Assembly (NCBI RefSeq): GCF_038025025.1
Contig: NW_027117351.1
Coordinates: 372,001 to 436,000 of the forward strand
Length of the DNA: 64,000 bases
Source: Phyllosticta citribraziliensis
Lineage: Eukaryota
Direction: 5' to 3'
The position numbers and the translations under genes are program-made. The notes beneath the pieces were generated by a model, which was not told where the DNA came from, ran no database searches, and saw only the letters and a list, made by a program, of their open reading frames with translations. Of this stretch, positions 36,216 through 48,657 are shown piece by piece. Positions within the stretch are counted from its first letter, which is position 1. Each line of letters starts with the position of its first letter.

Positions 36216-38341
36216 TTTTTGATAGAAGGAGGTCAAGAGAGGGCCGAGGCTCAAGCAATAGCAGCATCCAACAGTGAATAAAATAGCGGCAGCCAGGCAC
36301 AGGAAGAGGGTATATTTAGCGGCGGCCCAAGTTTTCTGGCCTCCCCTACCTACCGCCTTTTTGCGTAGCGGCAGGAGGGGCAGCCTCTCGGCCTCGAGTG
36401 AGACATGTCGGTGGAGGCTTGCTCCCTTGGCGAGCCATGTGGACTGTCTGACGGATGCCGCCATAACTGCGGGCGATTACGAGCTTATGCGAGTGGCAGC
36501 GAGTTAGCTGTGGCTGCTGGACCCAGGAAAGAGGCACTTGGATTGTATGCTGTGTATGCATATCTAGGACGGGAGAGTAACGAGTGTAAGGGCTGGGCAT
36601 TGGAAGATCGCTACCTGGACGCGCCACAGGGAATAGTCGCAAAACCGGCGGCCGGTTGCGTCAGCCGGGATGATGGCATGTATTCTGGCTGTACTGAGGG
36701 CGTGCGTGCAAAAGACGTGCTTGGGTGGGTGGGTGTTGTGACGGGAGATCCATGCCCAGTCCACTGCTGATGTAACTTGTTGGCGTGAGGACCCAATAAG
36801 CTACTCGACGAGTCCTTGTCGACAACCCCGACCCCGACCCCATCCCCGACTCGGGCCACGGACGCCTCCCGACGCGGCAGATCAGGGCAACCGCTCCGCT
36901 CCCGAACACCAGAGCCTCTGCTTGACATGACATGCTGACCTGCAAAGGACGCGTACGTTGTGACCGGTGGCAAGCGAGCTCGATGAGGTCTTGTCCTGGG
37001 ATATTGACGTGCCTTCACGTGCTGTCGGGCGCACCACTCGACTCCCTTCGTGCAACTCCAACTCCCGTCGGCAGCCAGAATAATCAAGACTCGAGCCGGT
37101 TGGGCTTGACTTTCGACTCTAACTCTATTCTTGTTCTAATCTTGCAGCCACTCCCGCCGCCTCACGTCTGGGCCGTCTGCTCGTCGACGAGTCAAGCCGG
37201 GCCCGACCTCGTCCAAGCGGCATTCCGTCTGTTCGGCGTCCAGGATTCCTCAAGTGCAGTCCAGGTGCATGCGCTGGGGCAGAACGCCTGAGCCTGAGCG
37301 CAGCGTGCCAAGCGCCAGGTTCCCCGCGGCCCCAAGCATTCCACCCCAGTAGCCGCAGCGGGAGACGGCAGTCGTTCGTTCGCCAACCACGCCCTAATTG
37401 ACCGCCTTCCATTTTCCGCACGTCGACTCGACGGTTCAAAAGTAATAGTAGTTTGGTCGATAAACATCCTTTGCTGGCTGCTGGCCTGTGGCTACGTCAC
37501 ATGGTGGCTTGTGGGGGCCACCACTGGATACCGTAAGCCAAGTCCCCTGTGGACCCTCGGCCGTCAGCAAACCTCCGGAGGCTACTTCTCGTCATGCATC
37601 CTCCACACATGGGCTGATCCAATTCCTGTATGTACTTTTGATCCCCAGCGTCTCGATTCGGTACATTGGTGCCCCACCTGCGCAGCTGCCCCTCTTTTGT
37701 TCAGCTGCGCAATCATGTGCGAGGAGCCACAGCAATATCCGCTGTCCGATTTGGCCAGCGAAGAAAAGCCTTTTCCCAAGGTGGCATCTCTCGCTGTCTA
37801 ATGCGCGTGCTCAATGTTGGACCGCATGATCGGACGTGGCATGCGGCAGAGGCATTAGCGATTGTTCCACTGCTTCGTGCCGTGCAATTCCAATGAGCCA
37901 CTTGGCGGAACCTCCACGGCCTCTGTTCGGATGTTAGCGAGCCGAATATCCTATTCTGTGCGACAAATGAGTGCAGTGCACGTATGTAAGCTCCGTCTTA
38001 TACTCTCGGGCTTTGAAAAAAGCATCTCGCCCAAAAGCAATGAGCGGAAGCGGGCTCGGGGCGCAGTCAAAGCACCGTTGATTTTGGGCCCGGCATGGTG
38101 CGTCTACGACACTTTTCCACAACGCAGCGCCATCCCTGCCGCGGCCCGGGCAGGACTTCCAAAACCACTGTATGAAGGGAAAAAGATTGCGAAGCTTTTG
38201 GAAACAATGTTTGGTTTGAAGAATGAAACACTTACAGTTGTAGGTCTCTATATGAGCATGACGAGTGCGTAAGCTGTACACGACGACCAGACGTCACGGC
38301 CTGAACATGCAGGAGTTTCAAAACACCATGCTTGGAATAGT

Positions 38342-39502
38342 TCACTCCTTTTTACCGGCAGCTGCTGCAGCTTCTCTCTTGCGCTGGAGATATCTCTCCT
38401 TGGCGCTGCTGATGTCGTTGGTCGTCTTGCGACTCTTTGCCGCGTGCTCCAATTTGGCAGCTTCTTCAGCCTCCTGGTCCGCAGCACGCTTCGCCGCCTG
38501 TTCGAGCTGTTGCTCTACCAATCGGCTCTGGCGTTCTCTCACCGCGTTTCTATTGCTGTTGCGGCCCTGGTGGGCTTGCTGCTGGGACGACGACGTGCGA
38601 GACGAAGCTGCGGGTGCAGCCGAGGGCTGTTTGGGCTTGGGAGCAATATTCAGACCGGCCGTGAGGAGTTGGCGTTTGTCCGCGACCTGGCCTTCGTCGT
38701 TGATCATCACGTCGACGCCCTTTCCCTTCATTTCCTTGGCAAGTTCGGCATCGCTCTTTTGTTTGAGCTCCTCCTCACTTGGGATTTCCAAAGCACCCGC
38801 CTGCGCCTTTTCAGTAGCCTCGATGACCTCTTGGTGCCTTTTTTCTTGCTCATTCATCATGTTCTTGTAAAAACCCGACATGCCTGGGCCACGCTTCTTT
38901 CGCTCTGCCTCTTCTTTGCGCTTCTCCTCCTCCTCCAGCTTGAGCAGGTCCTCTTGCTGTTTCTTGTATGCCTCAGTCACAAATTTTTCCTTGTCGGCGA
39001 AATCATCGCCCTCTGCCTCTCGCTCTCGCTGAAGCTGCTTCTCCTTGGCGCGGAGCTGGTCGCGCTTGCGGACCTCGGCAGAAGCAAGCAGGCCCTCCAT
39101 GTATTTCGGCTTCCTCTGCGCAGCTTCCGCTCGCTCCTTTGCCTTTCTCGCCGCATCGTTTGCATGGAGCGCATCGTACGCGGCGTCGTAGTCGTAAACG
39201 CTGGGGTCGAGAGCTTCGGCCTCTTCCTGCTGCTTGCGCTGGCTTCGTAGGCTGGACAGATCCCCGTAAGGACTGACTTGGGATTTGGACGGCTGCTTGG
39301 ACGAGGTCTCCTTGGGACGCGGTTTCAATTTGGTGGAGGCCTTGGATGACGCGTCCAGGTCGAAAGCGCCAACCTCTTCCACATTGTCGTTGGCGGTGTC
39401 CTCCTTGTCCGAATCGTCGTCGCCAAAGAGCGCCTTGGGCTTGGCCCTCGATGGAGCTTGTCCGGGCTTTTTCTTGATGTTGAGCCCGTACTGCAGACTC
39501 AT
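38342..39502 (-). CDS. NSRP1/CCDC55-like (DUF2040) coiled-coil nuclear-speckle splicing regulator
   Basis: YGLN.KKK start, DPSVYDYDAAYD, PKYM..LL..AE.RK, EG..FADKEKFVT.AYKKQ, SAKERYLQRK. An alternative ATG lies at 39526. Confidence 0.88.
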   Translation of the reverse strand: MSLQYGLNIKKKPGQAPSRAKPKALFGDDDSDKEDTANDNVEEVGAFDLDASSKASTKLKPRPKETSSKQPSKSQVSPYGDLSSLRSQRKQQEEAEALDPSVYDYDAAYDALHANDAARKAKERAEAAQRKPKYMEGLLASAEVRKRDQLRAKEKQLQREREAEGDDFADKEKFVTEAYKKQQEDLLKLEEEEKRKEEAERKKRGPGMSGFYKNMMNEQEKRHQEVIEATEKAQAGALEIPSEEELKQKSDAELAKEMKGKGVDVMINDEGQVADKRQLLTAGLNIAPKPKQPSAAPAASSRTSSSQQQAHQGRNSNRNAVRERQSRLVEQQLEQAAKRAADQEAEEAAKLEHAAKSRKTTNDISSAKERYLQRKREAAAAAGKKE

Positions 39503-39677
39503 GGTGTGTTGTAGGGAGGAGATCATAAAGCTTGCACTGGTGAAGCATGGACGAAATCTGCTTACGTACGCGGATAATCATCGGCAATCCCTGCGCCTGA
39601 CTTGAACGTCACTCTGCATTTACCAAAGATGATCACGACAACTGCTTTCAGCACCACCTGCGACATGCGATACAAAC

Positions 39678-40709
39678 ATGACGTCTCCTACTTCCGCAGA
39701 CGGCCGGCTAGATGAAGAGTATGCCAGAGCCAACCCGTCCAAATTCCGCTTCAAATCAAAGTGTTCGCGCAGAGAGTGCGACGACGACGACCTCGACCAC
39801 CACCGCTCGCGGCGGCGCAAACACTCTGAAGATGGGACCGATTCCTCAAGACACGACCATGATCAGCACCGCCGGCGACATCACCGTCGTCATCACGGCC
39901 ACCATCGCAGTCGGCGCCAGGAAACTCCGTCCCAAGCCGCTGCTGAACCTGTGGAAGAAGAGCCGCTCTCCCCCAACACTGCATTTCGCCTCTCGCTATT
40001 TGACGCCATGGCCGACGATGAGGGTGCATTGTTCTGGGAAGGCGTGTACGGCCAGCCTATCCACACGTACCCTCGCCCCGACGGCTCGCCCTCGGCAGAG
40101 GATGCTGGGTTTCTAGAGTCCATGACAGACGAAGAGTACGCCGAGTACGTGCGCACAAAAATGTGGGAAAAGACGCACCAGCACGTCATTGAAGAGAGGG
40201 AACGGCGCGAGAGGGACAAAGAAAGGCGAAAGGCCGAGGAGAAGAGGTACAGAGAAGAAGGTGCCAGGAAAGAAAGGGAAGGCGAAGAGTTTCGGCGACG
40301 AGTGGAGGAGAGCCTGCGCAGAGGCGAGACCAGGCGGCAGGGCAAGAAGTGGAAGTCTGTCTGGGAGGCCTATCTCAAGAGGTGGGACGACATTGCTGCC
40401 GGCAAGAACAACACTGAGGAGGAGAGCCGCGGACCCAAGGATCTTTTGCCGTGGCCTGTGGAGAGTGGGAAAATGCGGCATGTGGGTCGTGAAGAGGTCG
40501 AGCGCTTCTGGCTCAATGTCCCGATCCCCGAGGGCGAGCTCATGGACACGCTGAAAAGAGAGCGAGTGCGGTGGCATCCAGACAAGATCCAGCAGCGGTT
40601 CGGCGGCGGCGCGAACGAGGTCGACGAGACCACCATGAAGGCTGTGACGGCCATCTTCCAGGTCGTGGATCGGCTGTGGGGCGAGATGAGGGACAAGGCC
40701 AAAGACTGA
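39678..40709 (+). CDS. Conserved fungal NFKBIL1-like protein (His/Arg-rich N-terminus, coiled coil, C-terminal RWHPDK)
   Basis: AFR.SLFDAMADDEGA.FWEGVYGQPIH.Y, MTDEEYAEYVR.KMW, PWP, LKRERVRWHPDKIQQRFG. Confidence 0.82.
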   Translation: MTSPTSADGRLDEEYARANPSKFRFKSKCSRRECDDDDLDHHRSRRRKHSEDGTDSSRHDHDQHRRRHHRRHHGHHRSRRQETPSQAAAEPVEEEPLSPNTAFRLSLFDAMADDEGALFWEGVYGQPIHTYPRPDGSPSAEDAGFLESMTDEEYAEYVRTKMWEKTHQHVIEERERRERDKERRKAEEKRYREEGARKEREGEEFRRRVEESLRRGETRRQGKKWKSVWEAYLKRWDDIAAGKNNTEEESRGPKDLLPWPVESGKMRHVGREEVERFWLNVPIPEGELMDTLKRERVRWHPDKIQQRFGGGANEVDETTMKAVTAIFQVVDRLWGEMRDKAKD

Positions 40710-41364
40710 GTTGCTTGCTCGCATTGCCATTCTTACCCCCTCCCCCCCGCCCCTTCTTCGCCCGTAAATGACTCCATTACCTTGAGAGGAGCATTGGTCA
40801 GAGTTGCGGATGGCACATGATCATTCTCTTCTCGCAGAGTACTCAGGCATCCACAATTCGACCCAGCTGCATCGCCTGGGCACGATTCGCCTAGACAGGC
40901 ACCTCAGCAAGCCGCCAAAGGAGCATTACAAAGCCACCACATAAACGAAGAAGCACGAGATACCCACTTAGATTCAGGGAACTCCTGCCAACATCACAAT
41001 TTCAAACCAACCCGAGCTCACCTTTCATCCTGCATAAGCGTGAGATAGCTGCCAACCATCAGAGCACAGCACCGTCACATCACCGCCATCCGCTCTCTCT
41101 CAGCACCATCTTCAAATCAGTGTCTTGTGACAACGTACTTCATCCTCCTCCACCTTATTCATCCAATCGAGCCCCATCGGACTTGGCTTGCTCGTCTCCT
41201 TCTAGCTCAAAACACCGCATCATCTGCCAATGGCGAAGAGCTTGCGAAGGCGGAGGGTGTTGCGAGAACATGAGAGGCAATCTTCTCCACAGATTTCCCA
41301 AAAAGCCGCCCGTGCCGGCCACAAAAGTTGTGGCACACACAACGAGAAAAGGGAACCAGTCTCG

Positions 41365-41460
41365 CCAATCAGGAAGCATTCATGTACAGTAAATGATGGC
41401 TGATGGGAGGCATCCATACCCCGTATCAACAACTGACAGATAGGGAGCATTCAAGCATCG
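41365..41460 (-). mobile_element. MITE family internal remnant D (reverse orientation, no recognisable TIRs)
   Basis: AGGAAGCATTCATGTACAG...CATCCATACCCCG...TAGGGAGCATTCA aligns with the reverse complement of the copy G interior. Confidence 0.5.
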
Positions 41461-41640
41461 AATGTAGTAGTCGGCAGCGCATGTGTGCCACGACTTTAGC
41501 AACCGAATCTCGGCGCAAAAGATCACAACGGAAGACCAATACATCCACACCTATCTATCCTTCATCACGCCGCCATCTACACAGTCGCCCAACCCCAGCC
41601 TTCTAGCACCTCCCTCCATTCTAGATATCTATAGTCATCC

Positions 41641-43643
41641 TTATTCCACCACCTCGCCGTTGCCGCCTCTCCGCCTCAGCACCCTCATTCTGACGCCTCG
41701 ACAGCGCAGCCCCGCCGCCGGCACGCCGCCGAACCAGTCGCGCGCGACTTCGACTTCGGCGCGCGGGGTGTGGAAGAGTTGGAGGTGGACTCCGACTCCG
41801 GAGGCCTTTCTTTCATCTTCTGCTGCTTCTTCTTTTTCTTCTTGTTTTCCTTCTTGTTTTGCGCAGCCATGGCGTGCCCCGTCGTCTTCCACGCCACCAC
41901 CACCACCACCAACCCACAACGCGCCCACCACCTCCCCCACAACCGCCGCCATGACGGCGACGGCGAGGTCGCGGCCGACACACGCGCGGCTGCCGCGCCC
42001 GAACGGCGCAAAGTGCCGCTTCATCTGCGCGACAGCCTCCTCCTGCCCCAACCCTCCCCCGCCCATCCACCTCTCCGGCACAAACTCCATCGGCGCCGCA
42101 AACAGCCGCTCGTCCAGATGCATGAACATGTGTGTCATGCTGACCGCGGTGCCGCGCGGGACGCGCCACGCGCGGCCGCTCGCGGGGTCCGTGTACGCGA
42201 GGTCGTCGTCGGGGGCGACGCGCGGCAGGCGGCCGGCGACGCCGTGGCTCAGGCGGAGGGCTTCGGTTATGCAGGCGGTGAGGAAGGGGAGGGCCTGCAG
42301 GGAGGACAGTGAGGGATGGGGACAAGGAGAGGTGTAGAGAGGGAGGAGTTCGGCGCGCAGACGCGACAGGTAGGGCGGGTGCGCGTGGACGTGGTAGAGC
42401 AGGACAGACAGGGCGTGGCTGGTGCTCAGCGTGCCGGCGCCGAGGAGGGTGAACAGCTCGTCTGGCAGCGCGGCGCCGCTGTGAAGCGTCGGATGCGCCG
42501 TAAGAAGACATCTCAGCAGCGTAGTCTCCTCTTCCACGACAGGGGCAGGGCATACAGGAATCGTCTTGTCTGCTGAAGAAGAGCTTGGAGACGGTGACGC
42601 AGAGGAGAGAGAGGCCTTCGCCTCGCGGATGCGGGCGTCGATGCTGTTTTGCACGTCGAAGAGCTGCTTGGTGAGCGGGTGGACGAGGGCGACGAGCCGC
42701 TGCGGCAGCCAGGTGAAGAGGGTGTAGACGAAGCCGACGTGCTTCATCAGGTGCGTGTTGCGGCTGAGGTCCTACATGTCGTGAACAACGCGTCAATCCA
42801 GCTTCTTCTCTCGCCATCGCCAAACAAGGGGTAGCTCGTTATTGACCCACGGGAAAGGGGTAGGTCGAAGGAGAAGAGACGTACCAGCATCAACCGCCAC
42901 CACTCCTCGCCCATGTCCTCGCGCTCCAACAATCCGAACCCCTCGCCCAGCGCACATGCGCCCACGATATCCGCACTGCACGCCGCGAGGGCCGCAGACA
43001 GATTGACGGCACCGCTGTTCTCCTCTTCTTCCTCACAGCCACCACCACCACCACCACCCTCATCATCGCCATCATCCCAGACAGCCCTCCCCCTCAAAAC
43101 CTCCCCCAACCGCCCAACCCCCCTCCAAACCACCTCCTCCAAAGGTCCCCCGACAACATTCCGCCGCGCCAAAAACGCCGCCAGCGGCTCGCGCCTGGCG
43201 CGATGCACCTCGTGCCCCACGGCGCCGACCGTCGTCCGCGTCGACCCAAACAGCTTCGCGTGCCAGGCGCACTTGTGCGTGCGCCGCACCCGCCCGCTGA
43301 CGTACAGCGCGGCGTGGAAGGCCGGGTCCGCGACGTGCAGCTCAGTCGGGCTGATGCGCACGATGGGCCCGTAGCGCGCGTGCCAGGCGCGCAGGCGCCA
43401 CACGAAGCGGCCGCTGCGGAGGACGTTGTCGTGGAATTCGACCAGGGGCGTTAGGGCGGCGTGCGTGGGGCCGGGAAAGGGGGCGAGGGGGCTGAGGTAG
43501 AGGCGGTAGATGGCGAGGAAGAGGAGGGAGATGGTGGTGAGGAGGGTCAGGAGTGTGAGGAGTGTGAGTGTGGGGGGTGTGGTGAGGGGGTGGATTGGAG
43601 AGGGGGAGGGGATGCCCAGGGGGCGCCATGGGGGCTGCGTCAT
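41641..43643 (-). CDS. Cytochrome P450 monooxygenase (trichodiene-oxygenase/CYP58-clan-like); intron 42772-42884
   Basis: N-terminal TM helix plus YLSPLAPFPGP, YGPIVRISP.ELH, AGTLST (I-helix), EALR, PERW, FGRGSRACVG (heme Cys). Confidence 0.88.
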
Positions 43644-45680
43644 CGTTCTCCGGATGCTACTGAAGGTACAGGTCGGTAAGGTACGTAGGTAAGGTCCGGT
43701 ACCATCTATACGGTAGGTAGTCGTGATGTCCGCACTTGGGACACTGCGATGCCGTCCGTCCGCTGCTAGCTAGAGTAGCTCAGCCGACGCTCGCCGCAAA
43801 TCGACCCAGAAGCGACGCCGCCTGCTGCGATAGCCACGGCCACAGGCACGAAGAGTCGACACGCCGCCAAACGGATCGCGAAGCCAGCCGCAGAAGCAGT
43901 AAATCGTGCACCAAAGTCGTGACGAGGCGCGTTAATCCGAGCCAAATCGTCGAGCCAGACAGCTTCACCTCCTAGCTAACTGTTCGCGTTAGCCATGCCC
44001 GTCACCGCCTCGCCAGAGAGGAAGACAAGAAGAAAGACACGAGCGGCGGAAGATGGAAAGAAGAAGACGTGGGCAGAGAAGCATCTCTTTCGTTTCGTCT
44101 GCGGACATACCACATAGCATGCGAAGGAAGCATTTGCAGTTTCACATGCACTTTTCCTACGGCGAAGGCATCTCAATCATCACTGTAGCAGCCAGATAGA
44201 CAGATAAACAGCGAGCGCGTCAACTTTGGCTCCGTTGTCCACTTCTCTCACATTGGCGTCGTTGTTGGATTGCAGGAAGATCGCACGTCGAAATTGACAG
44301 AGAAGTGGTGGTGGTGGTGGTGGGGAAGACCGTGTGCCATCCCTGCTCAACAATTCACTAGCCACCTAGCCAGCCAATCAAACGACATCGACCGTCTTCC
44401 TGCACGTCACTCGCGATATGACTGCCTGTAGCTGTACGTGTATGCAAGCTATCCATGTAGTATATGCACGTCAATTCTTGCACCGATGTCTATGTAGGTG
44501 CTTCAACTACAATGTGCTTACCTATCTACCTGCCTCCAATTGCCTGCCTACCTACACGGGCAGAGCATCTAGAGTGATTCTATCAAACACCCTCCTTCTC
44601 CCTCTTCCTCTTTCTCACAAACCCTGTCCGTTTTTTTTCTTTCTCGCGACGCCATGAGCCGGCACAGGGCCATGTATTCTGAGTATGTGGAGCGACAGCA
44701 GCTGCTGCAGCAGCGACACGACACCAGCAGGAGCCGGCGCGTCGCGTCGTATTTGCACAGCGCGCAAAGCCACACACGAATGCACGCACGCATCCCTGCC
44801 ACCAATGCCATTAAAACCCCGACGGAAGAGCGAGCGGAGCGGAGCGGAGCGAAAACGAAAAAACGAGACACGAGGCGATTCGGTCGCATGAATAGCAACA
44901 AATGCGAAAAAGGGAGCGAAAAATAAGCATGGGCATGTCATGAGCGTCACGTGTGCAAACACGGCCAGCAGGGCAGTCAATCAGTGTACATGGAGAAATT
45001 AGCATTACAGGCTGCGCCGTTGGTCTAGCTTGTGTGCAGTAAGCCAGTCGAGCGAGCGGGCGGCTGTTCAGCTGGCAGCATGGTGTGGCCAAGTCCACCG
45101 CAGACGGCGCTCGCTCGCTCGATGGCTAGCTAGCTAGCTAGCTGCATGCGCAACTGGCGCGTGTGTTGTGGTGGTGTAGAGTATGGTATCTGTACAGGTA
45201 GGTAGGTCGGGGGGAAAGGAAGTGAGGTCGTGACATGACAGTCGCCGAACTGAGCTTCGACGACGAGCTCAACGGCGCGCGACAAAAGAGCAGAAGCGGA
45301 AGAGAACAAGAACCGGCCCAAGCAGTCTCCCCCTCCTCCACACGCTCTGCCAATTGGAGGAAACATTGAGAATTTTTTCCGTGCCATTCTTCGTCTCCCT
45401 CTCTTTCTGTCTCAACAACGAGGCAATAATAACGCCGCGCACCGAACAGTACGCAAGACGGCAACAAGGAAAAAACTAGACCCACGACCCAACCGCCAGG
45501 AAAGTGTAGACGCCGCCGCTATGCATCCAAATGGGGCAAGAGAGAAAAACAAGATTACAAGACAAATAGGACGCCGCAAGCCTGATCCAATAGGACGACA
45601 AACACCAACAGAACCAAGAAGAGACGAATTGAAAAAGAAGCGAAACAGGACAGACTACTTCGTCATCATCATCATCCTCA

Positions 45681-47416
45681 TCATGGCAGCTCGGGTGGCG
45701 TCGGCAACCGCATCCAGCGGCTCTCGCCCTCCTTTTCACCCAAGACGAGGAGCTTGCGGCTCCCGCAGTAGCTGCCGGGTCCGGCGATGCTCTTGACGCT
45801 GCGCCACTGACCCGTCATGTCCTTGCCCTCTTCGAACGGCTGGTTGTACTCCCAGACGTGCTCGACAATCTCGCTACCCGGCTCCTGCATGCGGCGGGGG
45901 TTCTCGCCAGGAAGACCCAGCACGCGGGTGAGGATGTTGTGGATCGGGGAGTAAAGCCGCTCCGGGCGGCGGGAGATCCACAGCCACGACAGGGTGCGCT
46001 CATCATAAGCGGTGCGGATAAAGGGGTTGAGGTAGATGCCCGACGGTGCGTGAGGGTCGGCCGGGTCCCGCGGACGCTGGAGGTCGGCGTTGATCAGGCA
46101 ACACTCGGATGCATCCCAAAAGGTGCGGTCTTCAAAGCGGAAGCGCATGGCCGAGTGCGTCTCGTTGTTCTCGAGCGAAATTGGAATCTGAGACTCGAGA
46201 TGTCCGGCGGCTAGGGCGACGCCAAAGGCCGTTCCAGACACGGGATCCGCGGATAAAAGGTCGGGCGGAGACTGAAACCACTTGGCTTCGTAGCTCACCA
46301 TGCCGCCCCAGCAGGAGCGCACCCGCACGGCATCGAGCTGTTCTAGGATATCGTTGCGCGTGTCGGCGTAGCCAGCGTCGGGGAACCAGGGAAAAAAAGG
46401 CAAGCCCATGCTGTGGCCTTCAAGGTCGCGGCTGGCAAAGGTGTCGTAGAACTTGAAGGGGTTGGCGAAGTCGACAGCACAAGCGGCACGGTAGTTGGTA
46501 CGGCCGTCGGGACCCAAATTGGTGGAAAAGAGGAGCTGTGCAGCGTCGACGGGGTCGAAGTAGACGTCGTTGAGGAAGAGAATCTTGTCAAACTTGACGT
46601 CCGTCGTGTCCAGGGGTCTCATGGCGCGGTTCCTAACTTCGGCAAGATATGCAATTCTCTTGATGCGCTTCTCACCGTTGGGCAGCGTGACGCGGCGGAC
46701 CTCGTCGAGGGGAAGATGCTCGTGAACAATGGTAGAGTTGCCTAGAAAAGTTAATCGACGCCCATGCGCCAACAATAGAGCTACTTACAGGAAGCGTGAT
46801 TTTTGAAATCTTCAAGCGCGGCCTTGGCTTCGTCGTCGGGGTCGTTTTCGTAAACGCTCAAGTGAACGTTTTCCGGGCCCAGGAGGTCAACGAGATCCAG
46901 CAGGGCCTTGCCCCAGGGCCCGCCCAACAGACTGCCCTTGTCGTCGTAAACTGCAGACGCGATAAAGACCTTTTCGTTGTTGATGTTGCCGCGGCCTGGT
47001 GCCAGCGACGTGGTTGCTCTTTCGCGAAGCTCCTGGTAGTGCGCCGGCGCGTGGGTGTACGAGGGCCTCAGTATCATGGTGGTGGTGACGAGCATGACGA
47101 TGATGTATGGTAGTAATATGAAAGCCCAAAGCAAGCCCCGCACCAGGGTACGTCGCGGTCTTCGGGGCGTTGCCATGCTGCCGTAGCGGTAGACATGAGC
47201 CAATTGGTAGCCTCTGAGGGCGGGAATGTAGTGTGCAATGGTCCATGGCGACGAGCGGTCGGCGAGGTCAGGAAAGTCTTCAGTCTTGGGAGTGTCGACG
47301 CCAAAATCGGAGAAGGCACGATCAGAGGAATCGTCGTCGAAGTAGGGAGAGTCGTCAGGGCGCAGAGGCTCGTAGCGCGGCGAGCGCTGACGAGTCAGAG
47401 GGAGGTTGAAAGGCAT
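45681..47416 (-). CDS. GT69 (CAP59/CMT1-like) alpha-1,3-mannosyltransferase, type II membrane protein; intron 46742-46788
   Basis: Single TM helix, SVYEND, RIAYLAEVRNRAM.PL, KILFLNDV, AC.VDF, FYDTFA.RD, V.SCWGGM, SECCLI.AD. Confidence 0.9.
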
Positions 47417-48337
47417 GCTAGCGGTGCATGCGGAGGCCAGACAGGACAGAAGCGAAGGTCGAGGTGGGATGGAAGGAGAGGAGCGAGAGTTGGACGGCGA
47501 GTTGGGTGAAATTAGGCTGGGGGGCCGTGGAATAGGCTATCTTGGCAAAGAGGCAGGGGAGACGGCGATGATGAGGCAGTGCGTCGGCGCACCGTTACGC
47601 TACCTACGCGTGCGAGAAGGGGCGCAGATTATTGGCGAGCGGCGTGGTGGACGACGAGAGGAAATAAGGGCGAGAGGGAGAACGAGCGGAAGAGAGGTTG
47701 AACCAGCCACATTTCTCGTCGTCGTCGAGACGTGGACCATCGAGTACCGCGGGTCCCTTGATGGTGAGTTTCAGGGTCCCTGCCCCTGCCCTGCCACTTT
47801 TGCTCCGGCCGTCTCAGCAGCTATTTGCGTCCGTCCGTCTGCCCCGCCCAACCCAGCCCAGCTCAGCTCAAGCCGGGGGCCCTGTAGGGCTGCCGCTCCT
47901 CTCACTCTCTTCTAGGAGTACTCCATCGCTATCCATCTCCATCATCGTCGAATCGTCCATCGACCCCTCGCCGCCGTCTGCTGCTGCCTGCGACCACTGC
48001 CGGGGGCGCATTCTCGAAACCAAACACGAACACGCTTTTTCACTTTCACTGCCACGCCGCCAGATGTACCCAGGCTCCCCATCTCGCCCGAATGTTCCGC
48101 TTTTCTTTCGGCCATGAAAGCGCGGCGGTGTGACGTCAAACCCACGTCCGAAATTGCAAGTCCACAATGCATCACTGGTCTGTCTCTGTGCCACTGGTGA
48201 TGCACATCCACAGCGTTCCGTCAACCCGACTCTCCAGCCTTTGCGTGCCCCTATCATTGTATGTAGGTTTGGAAGAGAAACATGTACGCCGTCGGCGTTG
48301 GTGCGCTTGACCAAACTGCCTAAGCGCTTCTCACCAC

Positions 48338-48518
48338 CACGGTGGGCGTCGAAAGAAATGTGACTCCCTGGGTCTGGCTGCGACAATGAACGACTGCTTC
48401 CTAAGCGTGACTGTGGCAGCAAATGGACGCCCCTCTAGACGCAACCGCAGCAGCAGATGAATGCTCCCCAAGCGCACTCGCATTGCCCAAGGTCTCCTCT
48501 CTTTCGACACCCACCGTG
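48338..48518 (+). mobile_element. MITE family copy E, intact: 27-bp TIRs (23/27 match), CAC..GTG ends, 4-bp TSD CCAC
   Basis: Left arm CACGGTGGGCGTCGAAAGAAATGTGAC, right arm GTCTCCTCTCTTTCGACACCCACCGTG. CCAC at 48334-48337 and 48519-48522. Internal cores at 48392, 48425 and 48459. Confidence 0.85.
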
Positions 48519-48555
48519 CCACCAACCATCTTGGCATTCCCTTCAAGGTGCGTGT

Positions 48556-48657
48556 CTGGATATGGCTGTAGTGGTGAATGACAGCACCTTGGCTTCGTCT
48601 GCTGTGGCGAAAGAGCCTGCGGAGCTAGGACATGTCATTTTCTTCGACGCCCACTAC
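48556..48657 (+). mobile_element. Partial second MITE copy adjacent to copy E
   Basis: CTGGATATGGCTGTAG...GAATGACAGC matches the start of the element interior. It ends in the TIR-like GTCATTTTCTTCGACGCCCACT. Confidence 0.55.
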
